Assembly: GCA_038060895.1 (NCBI GenBank)
Contig: JBBTCT010000001.1
Location: 320,001 to 384,000 of the forward strand
DNA: 64,000 bases
Reading direction: 5' to 3'
Source of the DNA: Planctomycetota bacterium
GTDB lineage: Bacteria; Planctomycetota; MHYJ01; WSZJ01
Shown here: piece by piece, positions 16,093-26,500 of the stretch
Layout: each line of letters starts with the position of its first letter
How positions within the stretch are numbered: the first letter of the stretch is position 1
Translations under genes and position numbers: made by a program
The notes under the pieces: model-generated
Databases searched by the model: none
The model's input: only the letters and a program-made list of their open reading frames with translations
Told to the model about the DNA's origin: nothing

Positions 16093-17310
16093 ATGAAATC
16101 GACATCTCGATGGCTCCTTCTGGCCGCCGTCTTCGTTTTCCCCGTCTCGGGCTGCTCTTCCACCGAACCTGCCGCGCCAAACCAGCCCGAACAGGAGTCC
16201 GCAAAGGTCCTCGGCAAGGTCGCGGGGCGACTGTTCGGCGCTACGGGGATCACCGTGGAAGCGCTGGTCAGCGTCGGCGGGGGCGGCGGGAAGAATTTCC
16301 TGCGAACCACATGGGCGGAGCCTGGGGTTTATCGCGAAGAGCGTTGGGACGGTGAAGCGCCGGAAGGAGAGCCGGCGAGCGTGCAGATCTGCGACGGGAC
16401 GACAACGTGGCTGTATTTCCCAGGCCAGAAGAAGTTCTACGAGATGGCGATCGCATCGGGGGACCTGGACCGGAAGCCGTTCGTGCTCGGGTTCACGCGC
16501 GAAGGACGGCTGGCCGTGATGGGGATCGAGTCCGGGCGCGAGGAGGAACTGGTCTTCGGCGCGGGAAGCCTGTGCATGCCGATCGCCGGCGGGGGAAAAC
16601 TGGCGGTCGAGGCCGATGCCGACGTGTCGGGCCAGCTCTGTCATGTCCTCACCTATCGCGTCGGCACGATGGTCCAGACGTTCTTCATCTCGAAGGCCGA
16701 CAGCACGCCGCTGCGCTTCATGCTCGAAAGCAGCTTCGAGCACAAGGGAAAGACGTTCACCACGACGGCCGTGAGCGACCTCAAGCGCCTCGATGCGATG
16801 TCGCGGCCGGACGCGGCGATGTTTCGCTTCGTCCCGCCCGAAGGGGCCACCAAAGCGGCCAAGGCGGGCGAGGACAAGCTGCTGGCGGCGGGCGGGGATG
16901 CGCCGGAGCTCGGCGCGGTGGACGCTTCCGGCAAGCCCGTGAACCTGGCGGACTTCAAGGGCAAGGTCGTCCTCCTGAACTTCTGGTTCCTGGGCTGACA
17001 TGCCTGCCGCGCGGAGTTTCCGCACCTGCAGAAGCTGAGCGAAGAGATGAAGGACAAGGACGCGGTTTTCCTGATGGTCAACGGCGTCGACACGCCGGAG
17101 AAGGTCACGAGCTACCTCAAGGACGGGCGCTACACGATGCCGTGCGCCTACAAGAGCGCCGAGTCCAACCCGATGAAGTCGTACTCCGTCCGTTTCTGCC
17201 CGACGCAATACATCATCGGCCGCGACGGGAAGATCAGTGCTCGAACAGTCGGGGCCACGATCGTCGAGGTCCGACGGATGCTCGACCAGGCCCTGGGCGA
17301 GAGACGCTAG
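16093..17310 (+). CDS. Lipoprotein with LolA-like N-terminal domain and TlpA/redoxin domain; predicted selenoprotein (UGA 16996-16998 read as Sec, UxxC motif)
   Basis: ORFs 16093..16998 and 17047..17310 are in the same frame. Read-through gives GKVVLLNFWFLG-U-HAC-RAEFPHLQKL, the TlpA WxxxCxxC motif. Lipobox VSGC. 405 aa in total. Confidence 0.85.
17004..17031 (+). promoter_or_regulatory. Candidate bacterial SECIS hairpin
   Basis: CTGC-cgc-GCGGA-GTT-TCCGC-acct-GCAG. The apical G at 17016 is 18 nt downstream of the UGA. Confidence 0.65.
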
Positions 17311-17317
17311 CGCGGCC

Positions 17318-18265
17318 ATGAGCTACGTCAGCCGCCCCGCGTTTCCTTTCTGCCTCGGCGGCAATGTCTTCGGCTGGACCACCGACGAAACGGCGTCGTT
17401 CGCGGTGCTGGACGCCTTCGCGGATGCGGGCGGCACCTTGATCGATACCGCCGACATGTACTCGGCATGGGTGGAGGGTCACGCCGGCGGGGAGTCGGAA
17501 GCGATCCTGGGCCGGTGGATGGCCTCGCGGCGCTGCCGCGACCGGATGGCAATCGCGACGAAGGTCGGCTTGCTGAAGGGGCTGGAAGGACTCGCGCCGG
17601 CGACCATCCGCACCGCCGCCGAGAATTCGCTTCGCCGGCTTCAGACCGACCGGATCGACCTCTACTACGCGCATCGCGACGACGAAAAAACGCCGCTCGC
17701 GGAAACACTCGGCGCCTTCGACGCGCTCGTCCGCGCCGGGAAAGTCGCCCGGATCGGCGCTTCGAACTACAAGGCGAGCCGCCTGGCCGAAGCGCTGTCC
17801 GTGTCGAAGCAGAACGGTCTCGCGCGATACGAAGCGATCCAGCCGCACTTCAATCTTGTGCACCGTACCGAGTACGAGGGGGAGCTCGCCGGACTCTGCT
17901 CGCGCGAGGGAATCGGCTGCTTTCCCTATTTCTCGCTCGCGAAAGGCTTTCTCACGGGAAAGTATCGTCCCGGGAAAACCGTCGACAGTCCCCGCAGCAA
18001 GGGCGCGAGCAGCTATCTCGACGAACGCGGCCTGCGAGTTCTCGGGGTCCTGGATGCCCTGTCTGCGACGCACCACACATCTCCCGGAGCCGTCGCGCTC
18101 GCCTGGCTGCGCGCCCAGCCGACAGTGGTCGCACCCATCGCCAGCGCGCGCTCGGCTGCGCAGCTCGCCGAGATTCTGCCGGGCGCGACGCTCCGACTTA
18201 CGGAAGCTGAGTTGGCGCGGCTCAGCACAAGCGCCGAGCCAAATGTTGCAGGAAAGACTTCATGA
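17318..18265 (+). CDS. Aldo/keto reductase
   Basis: LGGNVFGW, IDTADMYS, SEAILGRW, IATKVG, IDLYYAH, GKVARIGASN, PYFSLAKGFLTGKY. Confidence 0.93.
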   Translation: MSYVSRPAFPFCLGGNVFGWTTDETASFAVLDAFADAGGTLIDTADMYSAWVEGHAGGESEAILGRWMASRRCRDRMAIATKVGLLKGLEGLAPATIRTAAENSLRRLQTDRIDLYYAHRDDEKTPLAETLGAFDALVRAGKVARIGASNYKASRLAEALSVSKQNGLARYEAIQPHFNLVHRTEYEGELAGLCSREGIGCFPYFSLAKGFLTGKYRPGKTVDSPRSKGASSYLDERGLRVLGVLDALSATHHTSPGAVALAWLRAQPTVVAPIASARSAAQLAEILPGATLRLTEAELARLSTSAEPNVAGKTS

Positions 18266-19587
18266 CTCAGCGCGTCGTTGCGGCAGGGAACATCGCCGAG
18301 TTTCTCTCGGCCGTCGCGGCGGGGAATGCGACAAAAGCTCGCGAACAGCTGCGCTCTCAGCCCGGGATCCCGAAAGCGAGCCTCGCGGCAGCTGCCGTGC
18401 TCGGCCAGTTCGCCACAGTCGAGCGATTCCTCACGGCAGATCCGAAGCTCGCCCGACTCAAGACCGGCACGCCGCCGCGCGAACCACTTCACTGGCTGTG
18501 TTACTCGCCCTTCTGCGCCAGACGAGGTCCTCAGATTCTGCGCTGTGCCAAGGCCTTGCTCGACGCGGGAGCCGATCCCGACGCCCACACCGTCGAGCGC
18601 GAGGGGACGCACACCTATCCGCTTGGGGCGCTGTACGCCGCGGCGTGCCATGCGAAGTTTCCGAAGCTTGCCCGGCTGCTCCTCGATGCCGGCGCGGATC
18701 CCGACGACGGGGAAACCATCTTTCACGCGGCGGAAGCGAACGACCGCGTCATCCTGAAGATGATGGTCGAGTACAAAGCCGACCTCGACTTCAACAAGAC
18801 CTGGGGCAACACCGCGATCTACTTCAACCTGGGACACAAGAAAGGCAGCCGCTTCGTCGCGGCCTCGACGCGCGGCATCCGCTGGCTCCTCGAGCACGGC
18901 GCCGACCCGAACGTCCCGAGTACTCCCAAGCGCGAAACGGCGCTTCAGCTGGCAGCCCGTTCCCGCAGTCCGGAAACGGTGAGGCTGCTTCTGGAGCACG
19001 GCGCCGACGTGACGCTGAAGCGAAAGGACGGCCGGACGGCCTGGGCGCTCGCCGTGCGCGCGGGCCGTGTGGACAACGCGAGGCTCCTCGAAGCGCACGG
19101 GGCGAAGACCGAGCGGCTCTCCGACGGAGACGCGCTCCTGGCCGCCTGCGGCCGGGGCGACGACGATGTCGCGCGCCACCTGGCCAGAGCGCGCATCTCC
19201 CTCAGACCCGACGACCTCCGCCTCCTTCCCGACGCCGCCTCCGACGGCCGCCTCGGCACCGTCCGCGCCTGCCTCGCCGCAGGATTCCCCCTCGACGTCC
19301 AGGGTGACTTCACGGGAACCGCGCTCCAGCACGCCGCCATGCAGGGCTGCCCCGACGTCGTGCGCGAGATCCTCAGGCACAAGCCGGACCTCACGAAGCG
19401 CGACCCGACCTTCGACGGCGATGCCCTCGGCTGGGCGCTTCACGGCGCGGACAACATCCGGCGGCCTGGCGCCGACTACGCTGCCGTCGTGGAAGCGTTG
19501 TTCGCAGCCGGGCTCAAGCCACGGCGGCATGACTACAGCTCGACGGATGCAGGAGTGATGGAAGTCCTGAAGCGGCGACGGAAGTGA
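18262..19587 (+). CDS. Ankyrin repeat protein
   Basis: Multiple LLxxGADPN/D and TALxxAA motifs. ATGA overlap with the upstream gene. Confidence 0.88.
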   Translation: MTQRVVAAGNIAEFLSAVAAGNATKAREQLRSQPGIPKASLAAAAVLGQFATVERFLTADPKLARLKTGTPPREPLHWLCYSPFCARRGPQILRCAKALLDAGADPDAHTVEREGTHTYPLGALYAAACHAKFPKLARLLLDAGADPDDGETIFHAAEANDRVILKMMVEYKADLDFNKTWGNTAIYFNLGHKKGSRFVAASTRGIRWLLEHGADPNVPSTPKRETALQLAARSRSPETVRLLLEHGADVTLKRKDGRTAWALAVRAGRVDNARLLEAHGAKTERLSDGDALLAACGRGDDDVARHLARARISLRPDDLRLLPDAASDGRLGTVRACLAAGFPLDVQGDFTGTALQHAAMQGCPDVVREILRHKPDLTKRDPTFDGDALGWALHGADNIRRPGADYAAVVEALFAAGLKPRRHDYSSTDAGVMEVLKRRRK

Positions 19588-19606
19588 AGAAGTCCGGTCG
19601 CCTGGA

Positions 19607-20335
19607 TCAGCCGGGAAACAGCTCCTTCATCTCGCGTTCAAGCGCCTCGGCATCCGCGACGCTCTCGGCGACGACTTCGCGAACGATTTCGAACAGCCGC
19701 TTCCGCGCATGTGACAGCCGGTTGTCGACGTCGGTCTCCTTGATTCCGACCGCGGCCGCGACGTCGCGGTACTTCGGGCACTCGCCGTCCGCGAGGTCGA
19801 TCCTGCGAAACACTTCGAACCATTCCGCGCGCTTTTCCGCCGCGTAGGCCGACTTCATGCGTCCGACAGCCTCGCCAACCAGCGCTCTCCGCCATTCGCG
19901 GTCGAGCGAAGCCTCGGGCGGCTCTCCCGGCGCGGGCGGGTCCAGCGCCGCGTCGTCGCCGGCGTCGAGAGGGACGATCGCGACTCCACCCCCACGCTTG
20001 AGCCGCCCCTCGGCTCGCTTCGATTGACGCACCGCGTTATCGAGGCACGCCTTCACAAACGCGCGGAACCGCCCGCGGGATGCCTCGACCTCGCGCAGGT
20101 ACTTCCCTTCCAGCATCTCGCCGAAAAACTCCTGCGTCGCGTCCTTGGCTTCTTCGTTCGACATCCGCCACTGGATTCGCAGGTGCCGGTAGATCGGCCG
20201 CCAGTAGAGTTTTGCGAGCTGCTCGATGCGTTCCCGCCACCGCGGATCGCTCCGGTCTTTGGCGCCGGCGATGACGGACCAGTGCGTCTCCGGGAAGCCG
20301 CGCGCGGGGCCGCCGAGGGCGGTGTCGCCGGTCAC
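19607..20335 (-). CDS. ECF sigma-70 factor, Ser/Thr-kinase-associated planctomycete type
   Basis: FPETHWSVI N-terminus, YWRPIYRHL, EAKDATQEFF, RGRFRAFV, KRGGG, region-4 HTH YRDVAAAVG...LSHARKR. Confidence 0.88.
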   Translation of the reverse strand: MTGDTALGGPARGFPETHWSVIAGAKDRSDPRWRERIEQLAKLYWRPIYRHLRIQWRMSNEEAKDATQEFFGEMLEGKYLREVEASRGRFRAFVKACLDNAVRQSKRAEGRLKRGGGVAIVPLDAGDDAALDPPAPGEPPEASLDREWRRALVGEAVGRMKSAYAAEKRAEWFEVFRRIDLADGECPKYRDVAAAVGIKETDVDNRLSHARKRLFEIVREVVAESVADAEALEREMKELFPG

Positions 20336-20748
20336 GGGCGCTTGCGGCCCTTCCGGAGTCGTTTCGTTTTCTGCCGGAATGTCTCGGTGGCGTCCTTCTT
20401 TGAGAATCGCCCCTCCGCGACGCCCAGAGTGAGCGACACGAGATCCTCGTTTGTCAGTCGTGACTCGAGGCCGTTGAGTCCGAGGAAAATCAGCGCGACG
20501 GCGGCGCCGACGCGTTTGTTGCCGTCAATGAAGGGGTGGTTCTTGACGAGGTGAAAGAGGTACGCGGCCGCCATGGCGGGGATGTCCTCGTGGGCGTACT
20601 CGCCACCAAATCCCGCCCGGGGCATCGCGAGAGCGGCGTCCAGGAGGCCCTGGTCCCGAACGCCGTCACTGCCGCCGAAGAGGGAGAGCTGCTCCCGGTG
20701 AACTTCGAGGACCTGTTCCAGCGTGAGGAAGACCGGCGTCAGGGTCAT
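20332..20748 (-). CDS. doc: Doc (death-on-curing) Fic-family toxin
   Basis: GVRDQGLL..A..P and HPFIDGNKR, the Doc-type Fic motif. Confidence 0.92.
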   Translation of the reverse strand: MTLTPVFLTLEQVLEVHREQLSLFGGSDGVRDQGLLDAALAMPRAGFGGEYAHEDIPAMAAAYLFHLVKNHPFIDGNKRVGAAVALIFLGLNGLESRLTNEDLVSLTLGVAEGRFSKKDATETFRQKTKRLRKGRKRP

Positions 20749-20972
20749 TCCGCGAGTTTCCGGAAGGCCTTGGCGTAGCGGCGGTGGACCTTGTTCATGA
20801 CCGCGCGGAATCGTGCATCGTTTCCGGTTTCCCGGACGGGCTCGATCAGGAGCCGTGTGCCGTCGGTCGTGACGGAGACCGGGACCTCCGGGTCAATCCG
20901 GAGGAGGTCCATGACGCCCCGGTCGATGACGAGGGCCCAGCTGTTTCCGTGTTTCGCAAATCGCTTGATCAT
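20745..20972 (-). CDS. AbrB/MazE/SpoVT-fold antitoxin
   Basis: KHGNSWALVIDR..LLIEP. GGAG SD before ATG 20972. ATGA overlap with doc. Confidence 0.85.
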   Translation of the reverse strand: MIKRFAKHGNSWALVIDRGVMDLLRIDPEVPVSVTTDGTRLLIEPVRETGNDARFRAVMNKVHRRYAKAFRKLAE

Positions 20973-20992
20973 GAAGGTTCTCCATGGTCCCT

Positions 20993-21041
20993 TGTTGATA
21001 CGTCGTTGCAACATTGTAGTACCAACCTCTCTCCGGATCAA
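20993..21041 (-). promoter_or_regulatory. Sigma-70 promoter of TA operon with palindromic operator
   Basis: TTGATC (21041-21036), 17 nt spacer, TACAAT (21018-21013). TGTTG..CAACA / GTTGCAAC palindromes lie just downstream. Confidence 0.7.
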
Positions 21042-21091
21042 GTCTCGTTCGACTGCAGAATCGTCCGCCGGTTTCCCTTAGCATGTCCACC

Positions 21092-23509
21092 ATGTCGGAC
21101 CAGCCGCTTCAGCCCGGCGCCCTCGACCGCCTCGCCCGCGAGGTCGGGAAGGAGCGCACAAAGAGCGCGGCCGGCGCTGCCCCGGCATTCGGCTGGGTCC
21201 CCGGATCCGGCGCGCCCGCGATGATCGGTCGGTTCCGGATCGTGGCGCCGCTCGGACGCGGCGGGATGGGAGTGGTCTACCACGCGATCGATTCCGCGAA
21301 CGACGCCCCGGTCGCCCTGAAGTCGCTCACGGCGGGGCCGGGGGAACGCCTGAAGCGCGAAGGCGAGGCGATTGGGCTTCTCGACCATCCGGGGATCGTG
21401 AAGATCCTCGAGACGGGCGAAGAGGCCGGAAAGCCGTTCCTCGTGATGGAACTCGTGAACGGGAAGACGCTCGACGAAGCGTGGGCCGGATGGGATCTGC
21501 GGACCCGGGTTGAGGCGCTTGAGAAGATCGCGCGGGCGGTCGCGCACGCGCACGAACGCGGCGTGGCGCACCGGGACTTGAAGCCGGCCAACGTGCTGGT
21601 CGCGGAAGACGGCGCCCCGCGCGTGACGGACTTCGGGCTCGCGGCGGTCGAGGAGGCGAGGACGAAGCTGACGGACCCCGGGTCGGTCATGGGGACGCCC
21701 GCCTGGATGTCGCCCGAGCAGGTGCGTGGCGAAACGGCCGGTCCTCCCGCGGACGTCCACGCCCTGGGTGCAATCCTCTACCTCGCGATGACGGGCACCG
21801 CGCCCTTCGACGGGCCCAACCCTCCGGCGATTTATCGCCGGATCGTGGACGAAGAGGCCCCGTGGCCGCGCCGGAAAACGCCGGGCGCGCCAGCCGCCCT
21901 GGAAGCGATCTGCGTGCGGGCGATGGGCAAAGTGCCCGTGCGCCGGCCCTCCGCGAACGAATTCGGAGACGAGCTGAAGCGCTGGCTCCAGGGGGAGCCG
22001 GTCCTCTCACGGCTGCCTTCGGTGACGGTGCGAGTCTGGAAACGCGCGCGCCGGAATCCTCTCGCCTGGGTCGGGCTCGCCGCGGCCGTCGTCGCGCTCG
22101 CGGCCGGCGCTTCCGCCCTCGCGGTGCAGGGCGCACGGCATGCGACGAAGGAAAGAGCCCGTGACCTCGCTCGCGACGCGCAGCCCCTCGCGGCCCAGGC
22201 GCTCCTGGCGCTGTCCGCAGGTGACGACGCGAGCGCGGCGCGGCTGATGGCCGATTTCAGGTCAAAGATGGAAGAAGCGCGCGCGCTCGACCCCGCGGCC
22301 GCCGGCGGCTGGTTTGAGATCGCGGAGTACCTGCGGCTCACAGGCGACGAGGACGGCGCGATGCGCATCGTCCAGGAAGGCGAGGCCCTGCACCGGAACC
22401 ACCCTCTTCTCCTGCTGGAGCGCGGCCTCCTGCTCATGGCGGAACTGCGGCGCATCAAACGCCGCGCGGACATCGAAGCGGAAGCTTCCGCGCGCGCGGG
22501 GGGACCGAGAGAAGCGAGCCGTTCACTCGCAATCCAGGTCCCCGAGATGGGGACGGTCGTCTCCGACATTCTGGCGCGCGCCATCCGGGATCTCGGCGGT
22601 TCCGCACCGCCCTCCGCGCGCATCGCCCGGGCGGAACTCGCGCTTCTCCAGTCGCATCCCGAGGAAGCGTGGACGCTGGTCGAGGGGCTCGAGCCGCCTG
22701 AAGCAAAGGTCGTGGCCGGACAGGTCAAGGAAGCGCGCGGGAATCTCGAGGAGGCCCTCGCCTGGTACTCAAAGGCGATCGCGACCCGGGACCGCCACTG
22801 GCCGGCATGGGAAGCGCGCGCCGCGGCGCGCGAACGGTTTGCGTCGATGCGTTGGAGGCCAGGCGCCGAAGACGGGGAATCCGAGCAGGCCGATGCGATT
22901 GCAGACTGGAAGCGCCTCGCGGCCGCTCTCCCCCGCCGCGCCGACATCCACCTTTCCCTCTCCGCCGCGCTCTGCCGCCTCGGCCAGATGAGGATCTACC
23001 GCCGGGATAACCCCACGGAACCGTGCCAGCTCGCCCTCCAGGCCGCCGAGGATGCCCTCGAAATTGCGCCCGCGAGCGGCGAAGCCCGGCTCGCGGCCGG
23101 CCGCGCGCTCGCCGAGATCGCGGACTGGCGCTTCTACCACGACCCCGATCCGCTTCCCGCCTACGCCCGCGCCATCGCGGAACTCGAGGCCGCCACGCAG
23201 GCGCTTCCGAGATCCTTCGAAGCGCGGCTCGCCCTGGCGCGGACCTTCCGGATGCGCGGATTCTGGAAACGGGTCCATGGCGGTCCCCCGGCAGGCGAGG
23301 ACGACGAGAGGGCGCTTAACGAATTCGAAGAAGTTCTGGGAATCAGCCCGGTCTGGCTTGCCGCGCGCTGCAACCAGGGATTGATTCTGTTTGAGCTCGG
23401 GCGCTTCAAGGAAGCCGTCGGGGCATTCGAGCAGGGCGGGAGCTGGACGACGAACAGCGAGTCGACCCTTCGCGTCTTCGAGGAAGCGAAGAAACGCGCA
23501 GCGGAGTAG
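21092..23509 (+). CDS. Hanks-type Ser/Thr protein kinase with TM helix and TPR-like repeats
   Basis: LGRGGMGVVY, VALK, HRDLKPANV, TDFGLA, GTPAWMSPEQ, ADVHALG. TM helix then helical repeats. Alternative start at 21083. Confidence 0.93.
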   Translation: MSDQPLQPGALDRLAREVGKERTKSAAGAAPAFGWVPGSGAPAMIGRFRIVAPLGRGGMGVVYHAIDSANDAPVALKSLTAGPGERLKREGEAIGLLDHPGIVKILETGEEAGKPFLVMELVNGKTLDEAWAGWDLRTRVEALEKIARAVAHAHERGVAHRDLKPANVLVAEDGAPRVTDFGLAAVEEARTKLTDPGSVMGTPAWMSPEQVRGETAGPPADVHALGAILYLAMTGTAPFDGPNPPAIYRRIVDEEAPWPRRKTPGAPAALEAICVRAMGKVPVRRPSANEFGDELKRWLQGEPVLSRLPSVTVRVWKRARRNPLAWVGLAAAVVALAAGASALAVQGARHATKERARDLARDAQPLAAQALLALSAGDDASAARLMADFRSKMEEARALDPAAAGGWFEIAEYLRLTGDEDGAMRIVQEGEALHRNHPLLLLERGLLLMAELRRIKRRADIEAEASARAGGPREASRSLAIQVPEMGTVVSDILARAIRDLGGSAPPSARIARAELALLQSHPEEAWTLVEGLEPPEAKVVAGQVKEARGNLEEALAWYSKAIATRDRHWPAWEARAAARERFASMRWRPGAEDGESEQADAIADWKRLAAALPRRADIHLSLSAALCRLGQMRIYRRDNPTEPCQLALQAAEDALEIAPASGEARLAAGRALAEIADWRFYHDPDPLPAYARAIAELEAATQALPRSFEARLALARTFRMRGFWKRVHGGPPAGEDDERALNEFEEVLGISPVWLAARCNQGLILFELGRFKEAVGAFEQGGSWTTNSESTLRVFEEAKKRAAE

Positions 23510-23537
23510 GCCGGGCCCGCCGCGCTATGATGCGCCG

Positions 23538-26500
23538 ATGCCCGGCACCGACCTTCGCGAGCGCCGAACCGTCAGCGTCCTGTTCTCCGACCTGACTGGA
23601 TTCACACGGCTTTCAGAGGGCCTCGACCCCGAAGAAGTCTCGGACATCGTCGACGCACTCTTCAGGCGCTTCCGGACCGTCATCGAGCGCGAGGGTGGGA
23701 CGGTTGACAAATTCATCGGCGACGCTGTGATGGCGGTTTTCGGCGCACCGGCGGCGCACGAAGACGACGCCGCGCGCGCCGTTCGTGCGGGACTCGCGAT
23801 GCAGAAGGATCTCCTGGCATTCAACGGGGAGCGCGGGCTGTCGCTTGCGATGCGCGTCGGGGTCAACACAGGCGAGGTTCTCTGGGGAACGGTCGGCGGC
23901 GGCGCCCCTACCGCGATGGGCGACCCGGTCAACGTCGCTCAGCGGCTCGAGTCGGCCGCTCTCCCGGGCACGGTCCTCATCGGCACCGAAACCGAGTCCG
24001 CGGTCCGCCGGCGTTTCCGTTGCACCGCCCGGGATCCGGTCACGGTCAAGGGTCGGGAGGCGAAGGTCGCGGCATTCGAGGTGGAGGAGGAGCTGGCCTC
24101 GATGACGGAAGTCCGTCCGGCGCGGGAAGCGCCGATGGTCGGCCGTTCGGAGGAACTTGCCGCGCTCGTCGCGCTGCTCGAGTCGGGTGGTCCCGGATTC
24201 GTGGTCATCGAAGGCGAAGCGGGAACCGGCAAGAGCCGCCTCCTCGCCGAGTTCCGCCGGTCGGCGCGGGACCGCCGGTTTCGGGTCGAATTCGGGCGTT
24301 CGCCGGATGGCGCGCGAATGCCGCTGGCGCCCTTCGCAGACATGCTGCGCGCCACGGCCGGCTCGACCGACGCAACGGCCGTTGTCGCCGCCACGCAGGA
24401 AGCGCTGGCTTCGCTCCCGCCCGTGGATGCCGAGAACACCGCACACCTTCTGGCTCTTTCGGCGGGCTGGACCATTCCCGGCGCGCGAGTTCTACAGCTC
24501 GACCCGGAGCGGCGCGCCGCCGAGACCGCGGCCGCCTGGGCGCGCTGGATCCGGGCTCGCTCACCCGTCCTCGTCTGCGTTGAGGATCTACACTGGGCCG
24601 ACGATGCCACGCGCGCCCTTCTGACCGCTCTGCCGTCGCTGCTCGCCGGCGCCCGCGTCGTCGTCGCAACCTCTACCCGCCCGGGCTCTCCCCCGATCGC
24701 CGGATTCGGGTCGATCCGGCTCCTCGCCCTCTCCTCCGACGACGTTCGAGCGATTGCCCAGGACGTTCTCGGCGTCCCACCCGATGACGGCCTCGCGCGT
24801 TTCATCACCGACTACGCCGGCGGAAACCCGTACTGCGGCGCCGAGGTCGCACGCCACCTGCTTGACAGCCGGCTCATCGAAGGCTCCCCCGCTCACCTGC
24901 ACGGCTCCGTGGCCGGCCTCCCCGCCACACTTCACGGCATCCTCACCGCACGGCTCGACGCGCTTCCAGCCCCCTCCAAGGAAGCCCTGAAGGCCGCCAG
25001 CGTCCTGGGGCGCACGTTCTGGCGAGGCTTGCTCGGCGAGATTCTGGGCGCTTCTGCGAATGAGGCGCTGGAAGAGCCGAAACGTCGCGGCCTCGTCTTT
25101 GCTCGCGCGGGCGCACTCCTCCCGGGAGACGACGCAATGATGTTCCAGCACGCTCTGCTCCGCGACGCGGCGTACGCCCTGCTCCCGAGAAAGGAGCGCC
25201 AGCGTCTTCACGCGCGGGCCGCGGACCAGCTCGAGAAGCGCGCGGGTCACGCCGACCGCCGCCTGCGCGCGCTGGCGGCGGAGCACCGGAAGGATGCCGG
25301 TGAGTCGGATGCGGCGGGGAAACTCTGGCTTGGCGCGGCGCGCGAGGCAATGGACAACGCGGTCGAGGAGGCGCTTGCGTGGGCGCTCGAATCGCGAAGG
25401 GCGAAGCCTGGCGCGGATGCAGCTCTCCTTGCCGCGACCGCCGCCTTCCGCCTTGCGCGTTACACGGAAGCGGATGCGTACGCGAAAGAGGCGCTGTCCG
25501 ATCCGGGAGCTTCGCCGGACGCGCGGCAGAGGGCGCACGTACGACTGGCGGAAACGAACGCGACGACGGGAAAACAGGTTGAGGCTCTGGCAAACCTCGA
25601 CGCGCTGGCCGGACTCGAGGCGACACCCGGCATTGAACTCGCCGCAGAAAGCGTCCGCGTCCTCGCGCTGGCCTCGCTCGGCCGGGCACAGGAGGCACTC
25701 TCAACGCTCGAACGGCTCGAAACACGCCACCCGGCCACCGCGCCTCTTCTGCGCACCCGCTCTTCCCTCCTGCGCCGCCTCGGCCGGCTCGTCGATTCGG
25801 AGCGGGCGGCGGAACAGGCGATCCTGCTTTCGGAAAAGACGGGAGACCGGAACTCAGAAGCGCTCTCGCTCACGGAGCTCGCCGGCGCGCTGGCCGCCCG
25901 CGGACTTCAGGAACAGTCCGTCGCGCTCAATCGCCGGGCACAGGAATTGTGGAGGGAAATCGGCAACCGCCGGGGACACATCATCTCGCTTCACAATATC
26001 GGAACCGCCCTTCGTCACCTTGGGAAGTACGAGCAGGCGGCATCGCAACTCGCCGAAGCGCTGGAGCTCGCACGGGAATCAGGGGACTCTCACGCGATCG
26101 CCACGGTGCTCGGATCCGCTTCCATGGTGGCCTCCGCCCAGGGCCTGTTCCCCGGTGCGCTCGCCTTCGCCCGCGAAGCCGTCGCGATCCGGCGCACCAG
26201 CGGGGAGAAATCCGCCCTGGCCATTGCCCTGAATAATCTCGCAGTGGCCCACGACTGGCTCGGCGAGTGGGACAAGGCAGAGGCGGCTTACCGCGAATCG
26301 CTCGCGCTGCGGCGCGAAACCGGCAGCCGGAACGGCGAAGCGCGCTGCCTGAACAACATCGGCCTCATCGAAATCTGCATGGGGCGCTTCGCCGAAGCGG
26401 GGACAAATCTCTCCGAGGCGCTGTCGATCGCACAGGAGACCTCGGACCTCGACACGGAAGCCTGCGTGAGAGTCAACGACGCCAAGCTCCAGCGATCCCT

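Noticed and set aside
16996-16998. TGA as a nonsense mutation or as two separate genes
   Set aside because: It falls exactly on the catalytic Cys column, both halves are intact and in frame, and a SECIS-like hairpin follows. Sec recoding is more parsimonious, though unproven.
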